Of a DNA stretch of 64,000 nucleotides, positions 10,532-19,952 are shown one piece after another. Both the position numbers and the translations under genes were made by a program. Within the stretch, counting starts at the first letter, position 1, and every line of letters starts with the position of its first letter. The notes below the pieces were generated by a model. That model saw only the letters and a list, made by a program, of their open reading frames with translations, was not told the DNA's origin and did no database searches. This DNA comes from Desulfosudaceae bacterium (GTDB lineage: Bacteria > Desulfobacterota > Desulfobacteria > Desulfobacterales > Desulfosudaceae). Location of the stretch: assembly GCA_963674745.2 (NCBI GenBank), contig CAXXDV010000003.1:1408001-1472000 (forward strand). Direction: 5' to 3'.

Positions 10532-13171
10532 ATGCTGATTAATACAAGAAAAACCACACAACCGGGACGAAGAACGATCATCGTCGGTATCGTTATCTGG
10601 TGTGCCGCATGCCTGTTGGCAGGTTGCGACAGTACACCCTCCTATAACGCCCTGAGCAACAGCGGTGAGACAACCCAGGACGACTCTCAGACAGGCACCA
10701 CCCTGGCCCGTTTCACCCTGCCCAATGAAATCTCCGCCGTGCCGGCCGGCGTGGACAGTAATGGCAACACAACCGCCAGTGTCATTTACAGGGCGGCCAT
10801 GAATCCGGGAACGGATTATACCAATGCGGTCACACAACGATATATCGAGGAAAAGAGCCTTCATCATTGTGAAACCCTGGAATCCATTCTGGAACTGCTC
10901 GCCCAGACAAACTACACCGACGAAATTGACCAGGGGCCATATCGGGTCATCGTCGCCATCCGGGAAGCAGAAGGCGGGCGCATGTATACGCACCTCAAGG
11001 AGTGGGTTGTTCAATCGGATTCAATTCGCGAAAACGGCCGCAACGCGCTCAGGATCCGCATCTGGATGGAAGTTGAATATGCTTATTTAAAAGGGGAATT
11101 CAAGGTCTTTACCCCTCCGACCCGCAATGACGACGGTTCTTATGAAAACTACGGCGAATGGACGATTAACCTGAAATATGATGAAACCGGCGAAGAAGAC
11201 TATATCACTGCCTCCTGCACAACAACCGCCGACGGGCTTTCCCTGATCAAGCTCTACGAAAAGTTTTCCGGCCATAGCGAAGAGGGCGGAGAAGACCAGC
11301 CCACCCGGGTAAAAGCCATTATGTACCGTTCGGCCTCCAGCGGGTACGGAAAAGTGTTTTATCCCGATCTTGACGAATACTACTGTCCGGATTTTGAGAC
11401 CGGCTCCGAAATTCCCCACAAAACGTCAGTTTATGCCTACGACCAAGACACCCTTGCCGTTCAAGTGGGAAGCGGCAGCGTGGTCTATAAAGACAGAAAT
11501 ACCATCGTGCCGGTAACGCTTCAATATGGCGTGTATGATTCGGAAACCGGCAATGATGTCTTGAAAACCAGAAACTTCGGTTTCCCGGTCAAGTATACCG
11601 AAAACAACATGACCCGTCATGCATACTACGCCGCGTTCGACGGTCGTCATGAATTAATAAATGAACAAGGACTTCCGCTTTCTCAAGGGACCGTTGTTAC
11701 CCGCGAAGATACGCCTCCGGACCAGACACCGGTTACATACACAGTCGGTGAAACATTTGAAGGGGTCCTGGTTAAAAGCAATTATGAAGAAGCCCGGCTC
11801 GATGATATTAAAGGCGTCCCCCTGGAATGCTGGGTGGATCAGGAATTCAATCTGCACTATAATTTTGACGCTGAGAAATGGTATTACTGTCCCCGCGTGG
11901 ACTGGTCCACAGACCCGCCCACCTGTTTATCCGGAGATGAACCATTTGACAATATCGTCGGCCTGAGAACACTGATCGTTGGTAAAAACAACTTCATGAA
12001 AATGGTGGAAATCTGGGGCTGGGATGAAACGGATCAGCAAGAGGTGCAGTTCGTTTACGAAGCGGCCGATACCGCCAACGGCATTACCGCCGGGTTCTAT
12101 GAAGCCGAAACCGTCTTAAACGACAAGCTGGAACCGATCACGCAGGCAAAAATACCACGGGTCAAGCTCGATACGGAAAATATCACCCACCTTTATATTT
12201 ATATCGGCGGCAGTATTTACATCGAATATCAGGGGAGTGTTGTCGGATGGGTTGAAAAGCAGCTTGATTATTTCGATCAACGCGTCTGGAAACCGGTTTT
12301 CGTCAAAGACGGCGATCAGCCATTTGTTATGCCGGAGGGTAAAGAGTTTTATATCAACTCCCAGGGCGTCAATTATGTCGTTGCAAAAACCGCCGACGGA
12401 TTTGAAGTCTCCAAAGAACTCCAGACGGTATGCAATCCGGTCAATGCCGATAAAATAGTGCCTGACGGTACGGTTTTTTATGATTCCTGGAACCCCGATT
12501 ACAACTCGACTTATGAATTTATCACCGATCCGTCCAGTCAATATTATCTCATGCTGGTATACAGGTCCATTGGCGACAATGACCGGGACGTAAACGGAGA
12601 ACCTCTTGAGGGCGCGGAAGTTGGCAAACCGGCCAGGAGTATCTGGGGGCTTGAAGCCGAAATTGACGGGGAAAACGAATGGTTCAACTGGGAGCGGCCT
12701 GAATTTGACGGTGACTGGGGAACCGTCACATTTCTGATGAACGGCGCCACCTACATTTTGATCGATGACCCCATGATTTTCAGCCCGATTACCGTTACCC
12801 GGCTTGACGGCTCAACCCGGAAACTGACCCTGATGTACGACGGATGGTTAAGCGGGGTCCCTTACGCGGAAGATCTTCTGGAAGAAGCCGGGTGGCAGAT
12901 GACCGATGCCATAAAAGAAAAAGTCATTAACCTGCCGGCCGGCACAACGGTTCAGGAATCGTCAACCGGCATCAGCTATCTCATAAAACCCCTGGAGATC
13001 AGCCTGTTTTTAACACTGACCGGTGATCCCGGAAATCTGAATATTATCGACGCCCAGAACCTGGATCTGGCTGAAGTCCCGATTTATGCCGAACACGGCA
13101 TGGGTAATATGCCGGAAAACGCGGAACTTAAATATATTGAAGGGGTGCCTCTGGAAGAAGATGATACATAA
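10532..13171 (+). CDS. Large acidic lipoprotein of unknown function (879 aa)
   Basis: Long ORF with RBS AAGGAG and lipobox LLAG-C; rich in D/E/Y/G; no domain recognised. Confidence 0.8.
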   Translation: MLINTRKTTQPGRRTIIVGIVIWCAACLLAGCDSTPSYNALSNSGETTQDDSQTGTTLARFTLPNEISAVPAGVDSNGNTTASVIYRAAMNPGTDYTNAVTQRYIEEKSLHHCETLESILELLAQTNYTDEIDQGPYRVIVAIREAEGGRMYTHLKEWVVQSDSIRENGRNALRIRIWMEVEYAYLKGEFKVFTPPTRNDDGSYENYGEWTINLKYDETGEEDYITASCTTTADGLSLIKLYEKFSGHSEEGGEDQPTRVKAIMYRSASSGYGKVFYPDLDEYYCPDFETGSEIPHKTSVYAYDQDTLAVQVGSGSVVYKDRNTIVPVTLQYGVYDSETGNDVLKTRNFGFPVKYTENNMTRHAYYAAFDGRHELINEQGLPLSQGTVVTREDTPPDQTPVTYTVGETFEGVLVKSNYEEARLDDIKGVPLECWVDQEFNLHYNFDAEKWYYCPRVDWSTDPPTCLSGDEPFDNIVGLRTLIVGKNNFMKMVEIWGWDETDQQEVQFVYEAADTANGITAGFYEAETVLNDKLEPITQAKIPRVKLDTENITHLYIYIGGSIYIEYQGSVVGWVEKQLDYFDQRVWKPVFVKDGDQPFVMPEGKEFYINSQGVNYVVAKTADGFEVSKELQTVCNPVNADKIVPDGTVFYDSWNPDYNSTYEFITDPSSQYYLMLVYRSIGDNDRDVNGEPLEGAEVGKPARSIWGLEAEIDGENEWFNWERPEFDGDWGTVTFLMNGATYILIDDPMIFSPITVTRLDGSTRKLTLMYDGWLSGVPYAEDLLEEAGWQMTDAIKEKVINLPAGTTVQESSTGISYLIKPLEISLFLTLTGDPGNLNIIDAQNLDLAEVPIYAEHGMGNMPENAELKYIEGVPLEEDDT

Positions 13172-13178
13172 CCGTTTA

Positions 13179-14384
13179 TCATCTGCCCGCTTCGCCGGTT
13201 GAAAATAACATTTTCAAATCCACCCCTGTCCAGTCCTGAAAACCGGGCACTTTAACCCAGAGTGCCCGGTCTTCGGGAACGGCTATGATCTGGTAAACCG
13301 TTCGTATGCCGCCTTCCAGCGGCCAGGTGGCACCGCCACCGGCCATGGGCGTATCCAGGATTTTCATCATGATTGACGGCCCAAAACGGCCCTTATTCTT
13401 TTGCCCCAGTGCCAGAAGGTTCTCCCGCCGCAAAACTGATTTAAAGCCCGTATTCTGCTGCAGCACAACACCCCAGGACGGGTCGACAAAGTGATTGGTC
13501 TCTACCAGCAGGCCCTCAACGTCACCACAACGTTTTTTAAGCCCAAACGGTGGCCATTCGTAAGCACAGGCGGACTCGCTGTCGGCAACATTGATAATAA
13601 AAGTAAAATCGGGACGGGTGGTTTGAAACGCTGCGTCAAGCTGCTTCCTGGTGTCGCAGTCTATCAGAAAAGCCAAAAGGTTGGCAATCGCCGGTACCCG
13701 GTTTGAGAAGCTGAGGCCGCCTCCCGAAGGCAGGCCATTGTTCAACTCCAGAAACAGGCTCTTTTCATTTATGCCCGTGGTAACATAAATCACTCCGGCG
13801 AATGTGACAATAGCCGTAGAAATACCGGAATCCGGATGAAAAACAGTGACCGTCAGGTTGCGGGCAAAATCAGCATAGCTGTCAAACCAGTCATAGTTCC
13901 GGCCGGCGATCAAAGGGCCGTGTTTCGTATAGTCCCCCCAGGCAAATATGCCGGAACATCCTGACATCGTGCCGTACAGCTCCAGCGCATTGAGAAGGAG
14001 CTGCTGATCCAGAAAAAGCCCTGAAGTTTCTGCCATGCCGAGAATTATGTCTTTGAAACGCTGGGGATAAAATTGAAATAATCCTTCTGCTGCCTGTTTC
14101 ATGGTCTCCTGTGAAAGGCCTTTTTCCTCCATAAAATATTTGACCACGGCCCGGGAATAAAGGTCCTGCAGTTCTTCAGCCAACAGGTAGCCGTACTGAC
14201 GCCCCATCTGCCGCCAGGTGCCATGCAGGTCCAGCACGGGGATCTTACCGGAGCGATAAAGGGTCCCGCCCTCAAAAACTTTAACCGGTCCAGATAAAGG
14301 TAAATTGCCAGCACGGCTGGTTTCAATCATGAATCCGATCAGGGTCAGACAGACAACAAATAAAATCCACCGGGATTTTTTCAT
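13179..14384 (-). CDS. C45-family autoproteolytic Ntn-hydrolase/acyltransferase, exported
   Basis: LHGTWRQMGRQYG, SG|CSGIFAWG nucleophile Cys, LIAGRNYDW, TGINEKSL, ETNHF; signal peptide. Confidence 0.87.
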   Translation of the reverse strand: MKKSRWILFVVCLTLIGFMIETSRAGNLPLSGPVKVFEGGTLYRSGKIPVLDLHGTWRQMGRQYGYLLAEELQDLYSRAVVKYFMEEKGLSQETMKQAAEGLFQFYPQRFKDIILGMAETSGLFLDQQLLLNALELYGTMSGCSGIFAWGDYTKHGPLIAGRNYDWFDSYADFARNLTVTVFHPDSGISTAIVTFAGVIYVTTGINEKSLFLELNNGLPSGGGLSFSNRVPAIANLLAFLIDCDTRKQLDAAFQTTRPDFTFIINVADSESACAYEWPPFGLKKRCGDVEGLLVETNHFVDPSWGVVLQQNTGFKSVLRRENLLALGQKNKGRFGPSIMMKILDTPMAGGGATWPLEGGIRTVYQIIAVPEDRALWVKVPGFQDWTGVDLKMLFSTGEAGR

Positions 14385-14425
14385 TTTTCCCCTCTTTCAT
14401 CTGTTCTTTTTTTAAAAGGCATTGA

Positions 14426-14502
14426 GGGTATCTCTAAAAATTAGAATTTTGGTTTGAGCACAACGCCGACATCGGGCCAAAAGGCAATTTTTAGAGGTGC
14501 CC
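14426..14502. mobile_element. 77-bp MITE-like element with 17-bp TIRs and TTGA target-site duplication
   Basis: Left GGGTATCTCTAAAAATT and right AATTTTTAGAGGTGCCC are 15/17 inverted matches; TTGA at 14422-14425 and 14503-14506. Confidence 0.7.
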
Positions 14503-14812
14503 TTGAGTCTTAATTGATTACCACTCAATAACACGCCGAATCGCGGATGATCAATTATAATTCTGTCCGGCTTTGTTTCCGTACTTTTTCATTTATTTCC
14601 GACCAGCAGCCGCAACAACTTGTTTTTACATTGTGTGTAGTATATATTAAGCAGAAATTTATCACGGGATATACCAACCCGGATATTTCATGAAATTTTC
14701 GGGCTAATTATCCTGCCCCGATACAAACGACCTTAAGAAGATATAGGCAAGTGACACGTCATTATTTCTTTATTGACGCGACTCGCCAAAATACTGAGCA
14801 GGATCCAGTAAT

Positions 14813-15412
14813 ATGATTATTGCCTGTCACGAATGTGATCTGCTGAATTCCGTAATTGATATTCCGGTCGGCACCACTGCCCGGTGCGCGCGCTGTGGGG
14901 TCGCGTTATATTCCAGAAAAAAGAACAGCATTGAACGCACGCTGGCCTGGGCCATAGCCGGCCTGGTATTTTTTGTCCTGGCCAACGCATATCCCATACT
15001 GATAATGAAAAGCGAAGGCGTTCTTTCTGAGACCACTTTATTTGAAAGCGTAAAAGCCCTTTACGCTCAGAATATGTGGGGTGTCGCGGCACTTGTTTTC
15101 ATTACCTGTATTCTTGTTCCCTTCATCCAGCTTGCAGGTCTGCTGTATATTCTCATACCCATACGGTTGAATCATTCGGCATGGCAAGCGCCATTGCTCT
15201 TTCGCTTTTTACGAAAACTGCAGCCATGGGGAATGATGGAAGTGTTTATGCTGGGTATCCTGGTTTCCATTGTAAAACTATCCGATATGGCGGCGGTCAT
15301 GCCGGGGTTCTCTTTATACGCATTTGCCGCGCTCGTCCTGGTTCTGACCGCGACTGTTTCATCTATGGATCCCTATCTGATCTGGGAAAAAACAGGAGTC
15401 CGGCATGACTGA
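14813..15412 (+). CDS. pqiA: Paraquat-inducible protein A, first half
   Basis: ACHECDLL...CARCG zinc motif; LQPWGMMEVFMLGILVSIVKL. Confidence 0.9.
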   Translation: MIIACHECDLLNSVIDIPVGTTARCARCGVALYSRKKNSIERTLAWAIAGLVFFVLANAYPILIMKSEGVLSETTLFESVKALYAQNMWGVAALVFITCILVPFIQLAGLLYILIPIRLNHSAWQAPLLFRFLRKLQPWGMMEVFMLGILVSIVKLSDMAAVMPGFSLYAFAALVLVLTATVSSMDPYLIWEKTGVRHD

Positions 15413-16043
15413 GACGTCCATGATCGCCATGAATTCGTCCCTGACATCATGTCAATCCTGCCATCTTTTATGTCAGATGCCAGAGGTCGATAACTGGCAT
15501 CATGCTACCTGCCCCCGTTGTGGAGAAAGGCTTCATGTCCGTAAACCCAACAGTATCGTACGCACCTGGGCCTTATTGCTGGCGGCCTATATTCTTTATG
15601 TTCCCGCCAATGTATTTCCCATCATGAAGGTCACTACTTTGGGCTACACTGAAAGCGATACCATTCTTTCAGGTGTTTTTTATTTCATTGAAACCGGTTC
15701 CTGGCTTATTGCCATTATTATCTTTACCGCCAGTATTTTTATCCCCCTGTTAAAGCTGTTGACACTGACGGGTTTGCTGATTTCGGTCAGAAGAAAATCT
15801 CGGTGGCGGCCACGTGACCGGGCCCGGCTTTACCGGTTGATCGAGGGCATCGGTCGATGGTCAATGGTTGATATTTATGTGGTGACCCTGATGGTGGCAA
15901 TTGTAAAGATCGGTGCCATTGCTTCGATTGAAGCGGCTCCTGCGGCTGTTTATTTCGCGGCAGTGGTGGTCATTACCATGTTTGCCGCTACGAGCTTTGA
16001 TCCCCGCTTGATATGGGATAATTTGGAGGATACGGATGAGTGA
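15405..16043 (+). CDS. pqiA: Paraquat-inducible protein A, second half
   Basis: CQSC...CPRCG, RKPNSIVRTWALL, IGRWSMVDIYVV, SFDPRLIWD. Confidence 0.92.
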   Translation: MTETSMIAMNSSLTSCQSCHLLCQMPEVDNWHHATCPRCGERLHVRKPNSIVRTWALLLAAYILYVPANVFPIMKVTTLGYTESDTILSGVFYFIETGSWLIAIIIFTASIFIPLLKLLTLTGLLISVRRKSRWRPRDRARLYRLIEGIGRWSMVDIYVVTLMVAIVKIGAIASIEAAPAAVYFAAVVVITMFAATSFDPRLIWDNLEDTDE

Positions 16044-17664
16044 TACAGGCTACACGGCAGGCCACGTACCAGAGGCTGCTGAAGCGAATGTCAGCAAAAA
16101 TCAATCCATATCCATCGTATGGATTGTCCCACTGGTGGCGCTGATTCTCGCCGGCTGGCTGGTGTTTAAGGCCCTTACTGAAAAAGGGCCGGAAATTACA
16201 ATAACCTTTAAGAATGCGCAGGGCCTTGAAGCAGGTACCACCAAAATCAAATTCAAGGATGTTGAAATTGGACGGGTCGAGGCGATTAATCTGAGTGAGG
16301 ATTTGTCTCATGTGGTTTTGAAGGCCAGGTTGGTTAAGGGCTCAGAGCATTACCTGACCGATCACACAAAATTCTGGGTGGTCCGCGCCCGTTTGTCCGC
16401 CCGGGAAGTCACCGGTTTGAACACGCTTTTTGAAGGCGCCTACATTACCCTTGACCCCGGGAAAATCGGAAAGTTCTGTGAAAACTTTGAGGGTCTCGAA
16501 CGGCCGCCGGTAGTCACAACGGATCTGCCCGGAAAACATTTTACATTAAAATCAGAACAGCTGGGTTCCATCGATATCGGATCCCCGGTTCACTTTAAAC
16601 AGATCAATGTCGGGCAGGTCGCCAATTACAAACTGGATGATGACGGCCGGCATGTGACCATAACCGTTTTTATCAATGCGCCTCACGATAAGCTGGTTTA
16701 CAAATCCACCCGCTTCTGGAACGCCTCAGGTGTGGATGTGAAAATGGATGTGGGTGGTATAAAAATTGACACCCAGTCCCTGGTCAGCATGATGATCGGT
16801 GGCGTTGCCTTTTATACGCCTATAAGCGCAGAGCAACTTCAGCCCGCATCAAGTGATGACATTTTTGTCCTCTATGAAAACCGCCAGAAGGCACGGGAAC
16901 AGGCTTATCCCATAAAACATTACTGGATGCTCAACTTTACAGGTTCCGTAAGAGGCCTTTCGCCGGAATCAACGGTGGAGTTCAAAGGCATTACCATCGG
17001 CAAAGTCGTGAGCGTCGCTTCTCATTTTAACATCAACACGGACGATCTTTCTTATGCCATCCCGGTCCTGATTGAAACCGAACCGCAACGGTATTTGAAC
17101 CTGGAAAACATGAAAAACGAGAAGGAAATGTATCATTTTGCCGATCGTCTGGTGGACAAGGGGCTGCGGGCACAATTGAAAACAGACAACCTGCTCACCG
17201 GCCAGTTGTATGTAGACCTGGATTTTCACCCCGAAGCACCGGAGGCAACAATTGACTGGAGCGGCACGTATCCGATACTCCCGACCGTTCCCAAGCCGCT
17301 GGATGAACTGACAACTTCCTTGAACCGCATGATTGCCCGTATTGAAAATATGCCCTTTGAGGAAATCGGACAGGAAGCACGGCTATCACTCAAGAACCTG
17401 GGCGACGCCATCGGGTCAGCTAAGAATGTACTGAAAAAACTTGATTCCCAGATCGGCCCTGAGGCGGTTTCAGCACTTTCCCAGGCAAATAAAACCCTGG
17501 TTTCCATAGAAGAAGTCCTGTCTTCCGATTCACCGTTGAACACCGAGGCGATTCGCATGTTGGAAGAGCTGGCAGATACAGCCCGTTCAATTCGATTTCT
17601 GGCTGACTATCTTGAACAGCATCCGGATGCACTGATTTATGGAAAAGGAATGGATAATGAATAA
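16036..17664 (+). CDS. pqiB: MCE-domain intermembrane transport protein PqiB
   Basis: SIVWIVPLVA, GLEAGTTKIKFKDVEIGRV, three MCE repeats, NLLTGQLYVDLDF, LADYLEQHPDALIYGK. Confidence 0.93.
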   Translation: MSDTGYTAGHVPEAAEANVSKNQSISIVWIVPLVALILAGWLVFKALTEKGPEITITFKNAQGLEAGTTKIKFKDVEIGRVEAINLSEDLSHVVLKARLVKGSEHYLTDHTKFWVVRARLSAREVTGLNTLFEGAYITLDPGKIGKFCENFEGLERPPVVTTDLPGKHFTLKSEQLGSIDIGSPVHFKQINVGQVANYKLDDDGRHVTITVFINAPHDKLVYKSTRFWNASGVDVKMDVGGIKIDTQSLVSMMIGGVAFYTPISAEQLQPASSDDIFVLYENRQKAREQAYPIKHYWMLNFTGSVRGLSPESTVEFKGITIGKVVSVASHFNINTDDLSYAIPVLIETEPQRYLNLENMKNEKEMYHFADRLVDKGLRAQLKTDNLLTGQLYVDLDFHPEAPEATIDWSGTYPILPTVPKPLDELTTSLNRMIARIENMPFEEIGQEARLSLKNLGDAIGSAKNVLKKLDSQIGPEAVSALSQANKTLVSIEEVLSSDSPLNTEAIRMLEELADTARSIRFLADYLEQHPDALIYGKGMDNE

Positions 17665-18289
17665 AATTGATGATCAACGGCTCCGCCGAATATGGCACCC
17701 GGCAATAATCATATTGATTGTCCTCGTTACTCTGGCCGGCTGTCGGGGAAAAACCCGGCCGATTTCTTATTATACCCTGTCTCCGATTCAGTCGACGGTA
17801 TCAGATGCCTCCCAACAGCCAGAAAACGATGTTTCAATCGGCGTCGGGCCGATCAGTTTTCCGGAATATATCAACAAACCCCGGATCGCGATCCGCGACA
17901 GTTCCACAAAAATCCTGTATTCTGAATTTCATCGCTGGGCGGGGTTTTTGGAAAAAACGTTTCTAAGGGTAGTCGCCGAAGACCTGTCCGTTATTCTCGA
18001 CACCGACCTGATCGGCATATATCCCTGGAACGGTTCTTTTGAACCCCGATACCAGGTCAAGCTCGATGTTAAACAGTTTGACGGACAATTAAATGGTCAG
18101 GTAACGTTAAATGTCGTCTGGCAGGTTGTTGATAATTCTGAAAGCGGCCCTCCCATTGTCCGGCGTTCAGTCATCACTGAACCGGCAGGCGGTCAGGGCC
18201 CGGATGATTATACGGCGATGGTTTCGGCCCAGAGCCGAACACTGGAGCAGCTGAGCAGGGAAATTGCCGGTGTGATCAGCAAGGAGTAA
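17657..18289 (+). CDS. pqiC: PqiC lipoprotein
   Basis: Lipobox TLAGC, YYTLSP, IGVGPISFPEYI, HRWA; follows pqiB. Confidence 0.88.
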   Translation: MNKIDDQRLRRIWHPAIIILIVLVTLAGCRGKTRPISYYTLSPIQSTVSDASQQPENDVSIGVGPISFPEYINKPRIAIRDSSTKILYSEFHRWAGFLEKTFLRVVAEDLSVILDTDLIGIYPWNGSFEPRYQVKLDVKQFDGQLNGQVTLNVVWQVVDNSESGPPIVRRSVITEPAGGQGPDDYTAMVSAQSRTLEQLSREIAGVISKE

Positions 18290-18314
18290 ACCGGGCGATT
18301 TTCCGGATGATTGG

Positions 18315-19949
18315 TTATTGAACCATGATGCCGCGGCGTTCCATCAGGCTGCCCTCGGCCAGGTAAAGTTTTACCAGGGCGATGCGATAATTTATGACCG
18401 CCCGGACTTCGGCGATGCGGCTGATCAGCAGGTCACGCTGGGCCTGGGCCACCAGGAGCGATGTACCGGCGCCGACCTCGAATCGCTCCTTTTCAGCATT
18501 GAGCTTTTCCTCTTCGAGTAAACGGGTGGCGTTACTGGCACTGATCTGCTTCCGGGCACGTTCAACTTCATTTGCGGCCAGCCGGACATTCAACTCAACC
18601 ACCTGTCGCAGATTGGCGACGGATTCCGCTGCCTGCCGGTAAGAAATCCGGGCCGCGTAATCCCTGGCTCTGGCCGTCCGGTCACCGATCAGGCCGTTCA
18701 GGCTGACACCGGCAGTGTAATCATAGGTATTTCCATCCAGTTCTTGAAAGGTATCAAAAAAGTTATCAGCGAATCCGGTCCGTCCCAGGCCGACAAAAAA
18801 ATCCAGTTGCGGCAGCAGCCCGTTCGCCGTCACGATGGTTTCCAGGCGATTCTGCATAAGCCGCAGGCGGGCTTCATTCAAATCGGGTCTGGATTGATCG
18901 GCCAGAAGAATACGATCCGCAAGGTCTTTTATCGGTTCAGCCGAAACAAACGGTTCAGAAACCGCTTTGATGTCAAGATCAAAACGGCCGTTTGTACCCG
19001 GGCTGATCTTGCGTAAAAGTCGCAGGCGCCTTTCCTCCAGGAGGCTTCGCGCGTCAATCAATGACTGTTCGTGGGTGGCCACCTGGGCACGGGCCGCGGC
19101 GGCCTCAGTCTCGGGCAGCAGGCCGACCTCTATTTTCTGTTCAATTTCATCCCGTTGCTGTTTCACCACGGCCAGGGAACTTTCAAAAATAGCGATTTCT
19201 TCTTCCGCAAGTACATATTGCCAATAAGCGATTTCACTGTCGGCCAGCAACGTCTCGATGTAGGCCCTGAGTTCGTAGATACTGGCACTTACACCCAGTT
19301 CCGCCTGACGTACACCGGCCAGGTTAACCATCGGGCTGAAGCCACGCAACAGGGCCTGGGTAATACTCAAACCGATCCGGGCGGTCTGCTGGTCCGGCGC
19401 CCGGTCAGATGTTTCCCGCTCATGACTGACAGTCGTTTCAATGGTGGTACCGGTCGGCAATTGCTGCCGAATCCCGATAAGGCTTTCGGTTTCAGTCCCT
19501 TTTACACCGAACTGTTCTCCGGTGGCCCGAGACGTTTCACTGGCTTTTTCTTTAAAATAGGTCCACTGAGCGAACCATTCCGGATCATAGGCACCACGTT
19601 CGATCTGTTCGAACGCCCCGGCCAGCGCCGGGTTTAATCTATTCACCCTGAGGTCCCGATTGTTTTGCAGGGTCAATATGGCCATCTGCTCAATGGTCAG
19701 TTTTAAGGTACCATCGGCCGAAGATATTTCCGGTAGCAGTTCCGCCGAGGCAGGGGTTTTCACGTATTCCGGAACATCCACTGCCGCAGCGGCCGGCGTG
19801 CCCGCATCAAGCCCTTTGATATCTTCGAGGGGGGGGCGGGAAGCGGTTTTAAAAACAGTCCATTGATCCACCGGCGCACATCCGATGATCAACATTGATA
19901 ATAAAAACAGTATTCCGGCAACCGGGCCGTTACAATGCATCAGCTTCAC
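18315..19949 (-). CDS. TolC-family outer-membrane efflux protein
   Basis: TLQNNRDL, RPDLNEA, LLPQLD, AEKERFEVGAGTSLLVAQAQRDL; last gene of the RND operon. Confidence 0.92.
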   Translation of the reverse strand: MKLMHCNGPVAGILFLLSMLIIGCAPVDQWTVFKTASRPPLEDIKGLDAGTPAAAAVDVPEYVKTPASAELLPEISSADGTLKLTIEQMAILTLQNNRDLRVNRLNPALAGAFEQIERGAYDPEWFAQWTYFKEKASETSRATGEQFGVKGTETESLIGIRQQLPTGTTIETTVSHERETSDRAPDQQTARIGLSITQALLRGFSPMVNLAGVRQAELGVSASIYELRAYIETLLADSEIAYWQYVLAEEEIAIFESSLAVVKQQRDEIEQKIEVGLLPETEAAAARAQVATHEQSLIDARSLLEERRLRLLRKISPGTNGRFDLDIKAVSEPFVSAEPIKDLADRILLADQSRPDLNEARLRLMQNRLETIVTANGLLPQLDFFVGLGRTGFADNFFDTFQELDGNTYDYTAGVSLNGLIGDRTARARDYAARISYRQAAESVANLRQVVELNVRLAANEVERARKQISASNATRLLEEEKLNAEKERFEVGAGTSLLVAQAQRDLLISRIAEVRAVINYRIALVKLYLAEGSLMERRGIMVQ

Positions 19950-19952
19950 TTT

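Noticed and set aside
14813..16043. Split pqiA as a frameshift
   Set aside because: Each half has its own start and Cys motif; two-gene pqiA arrangements are common.
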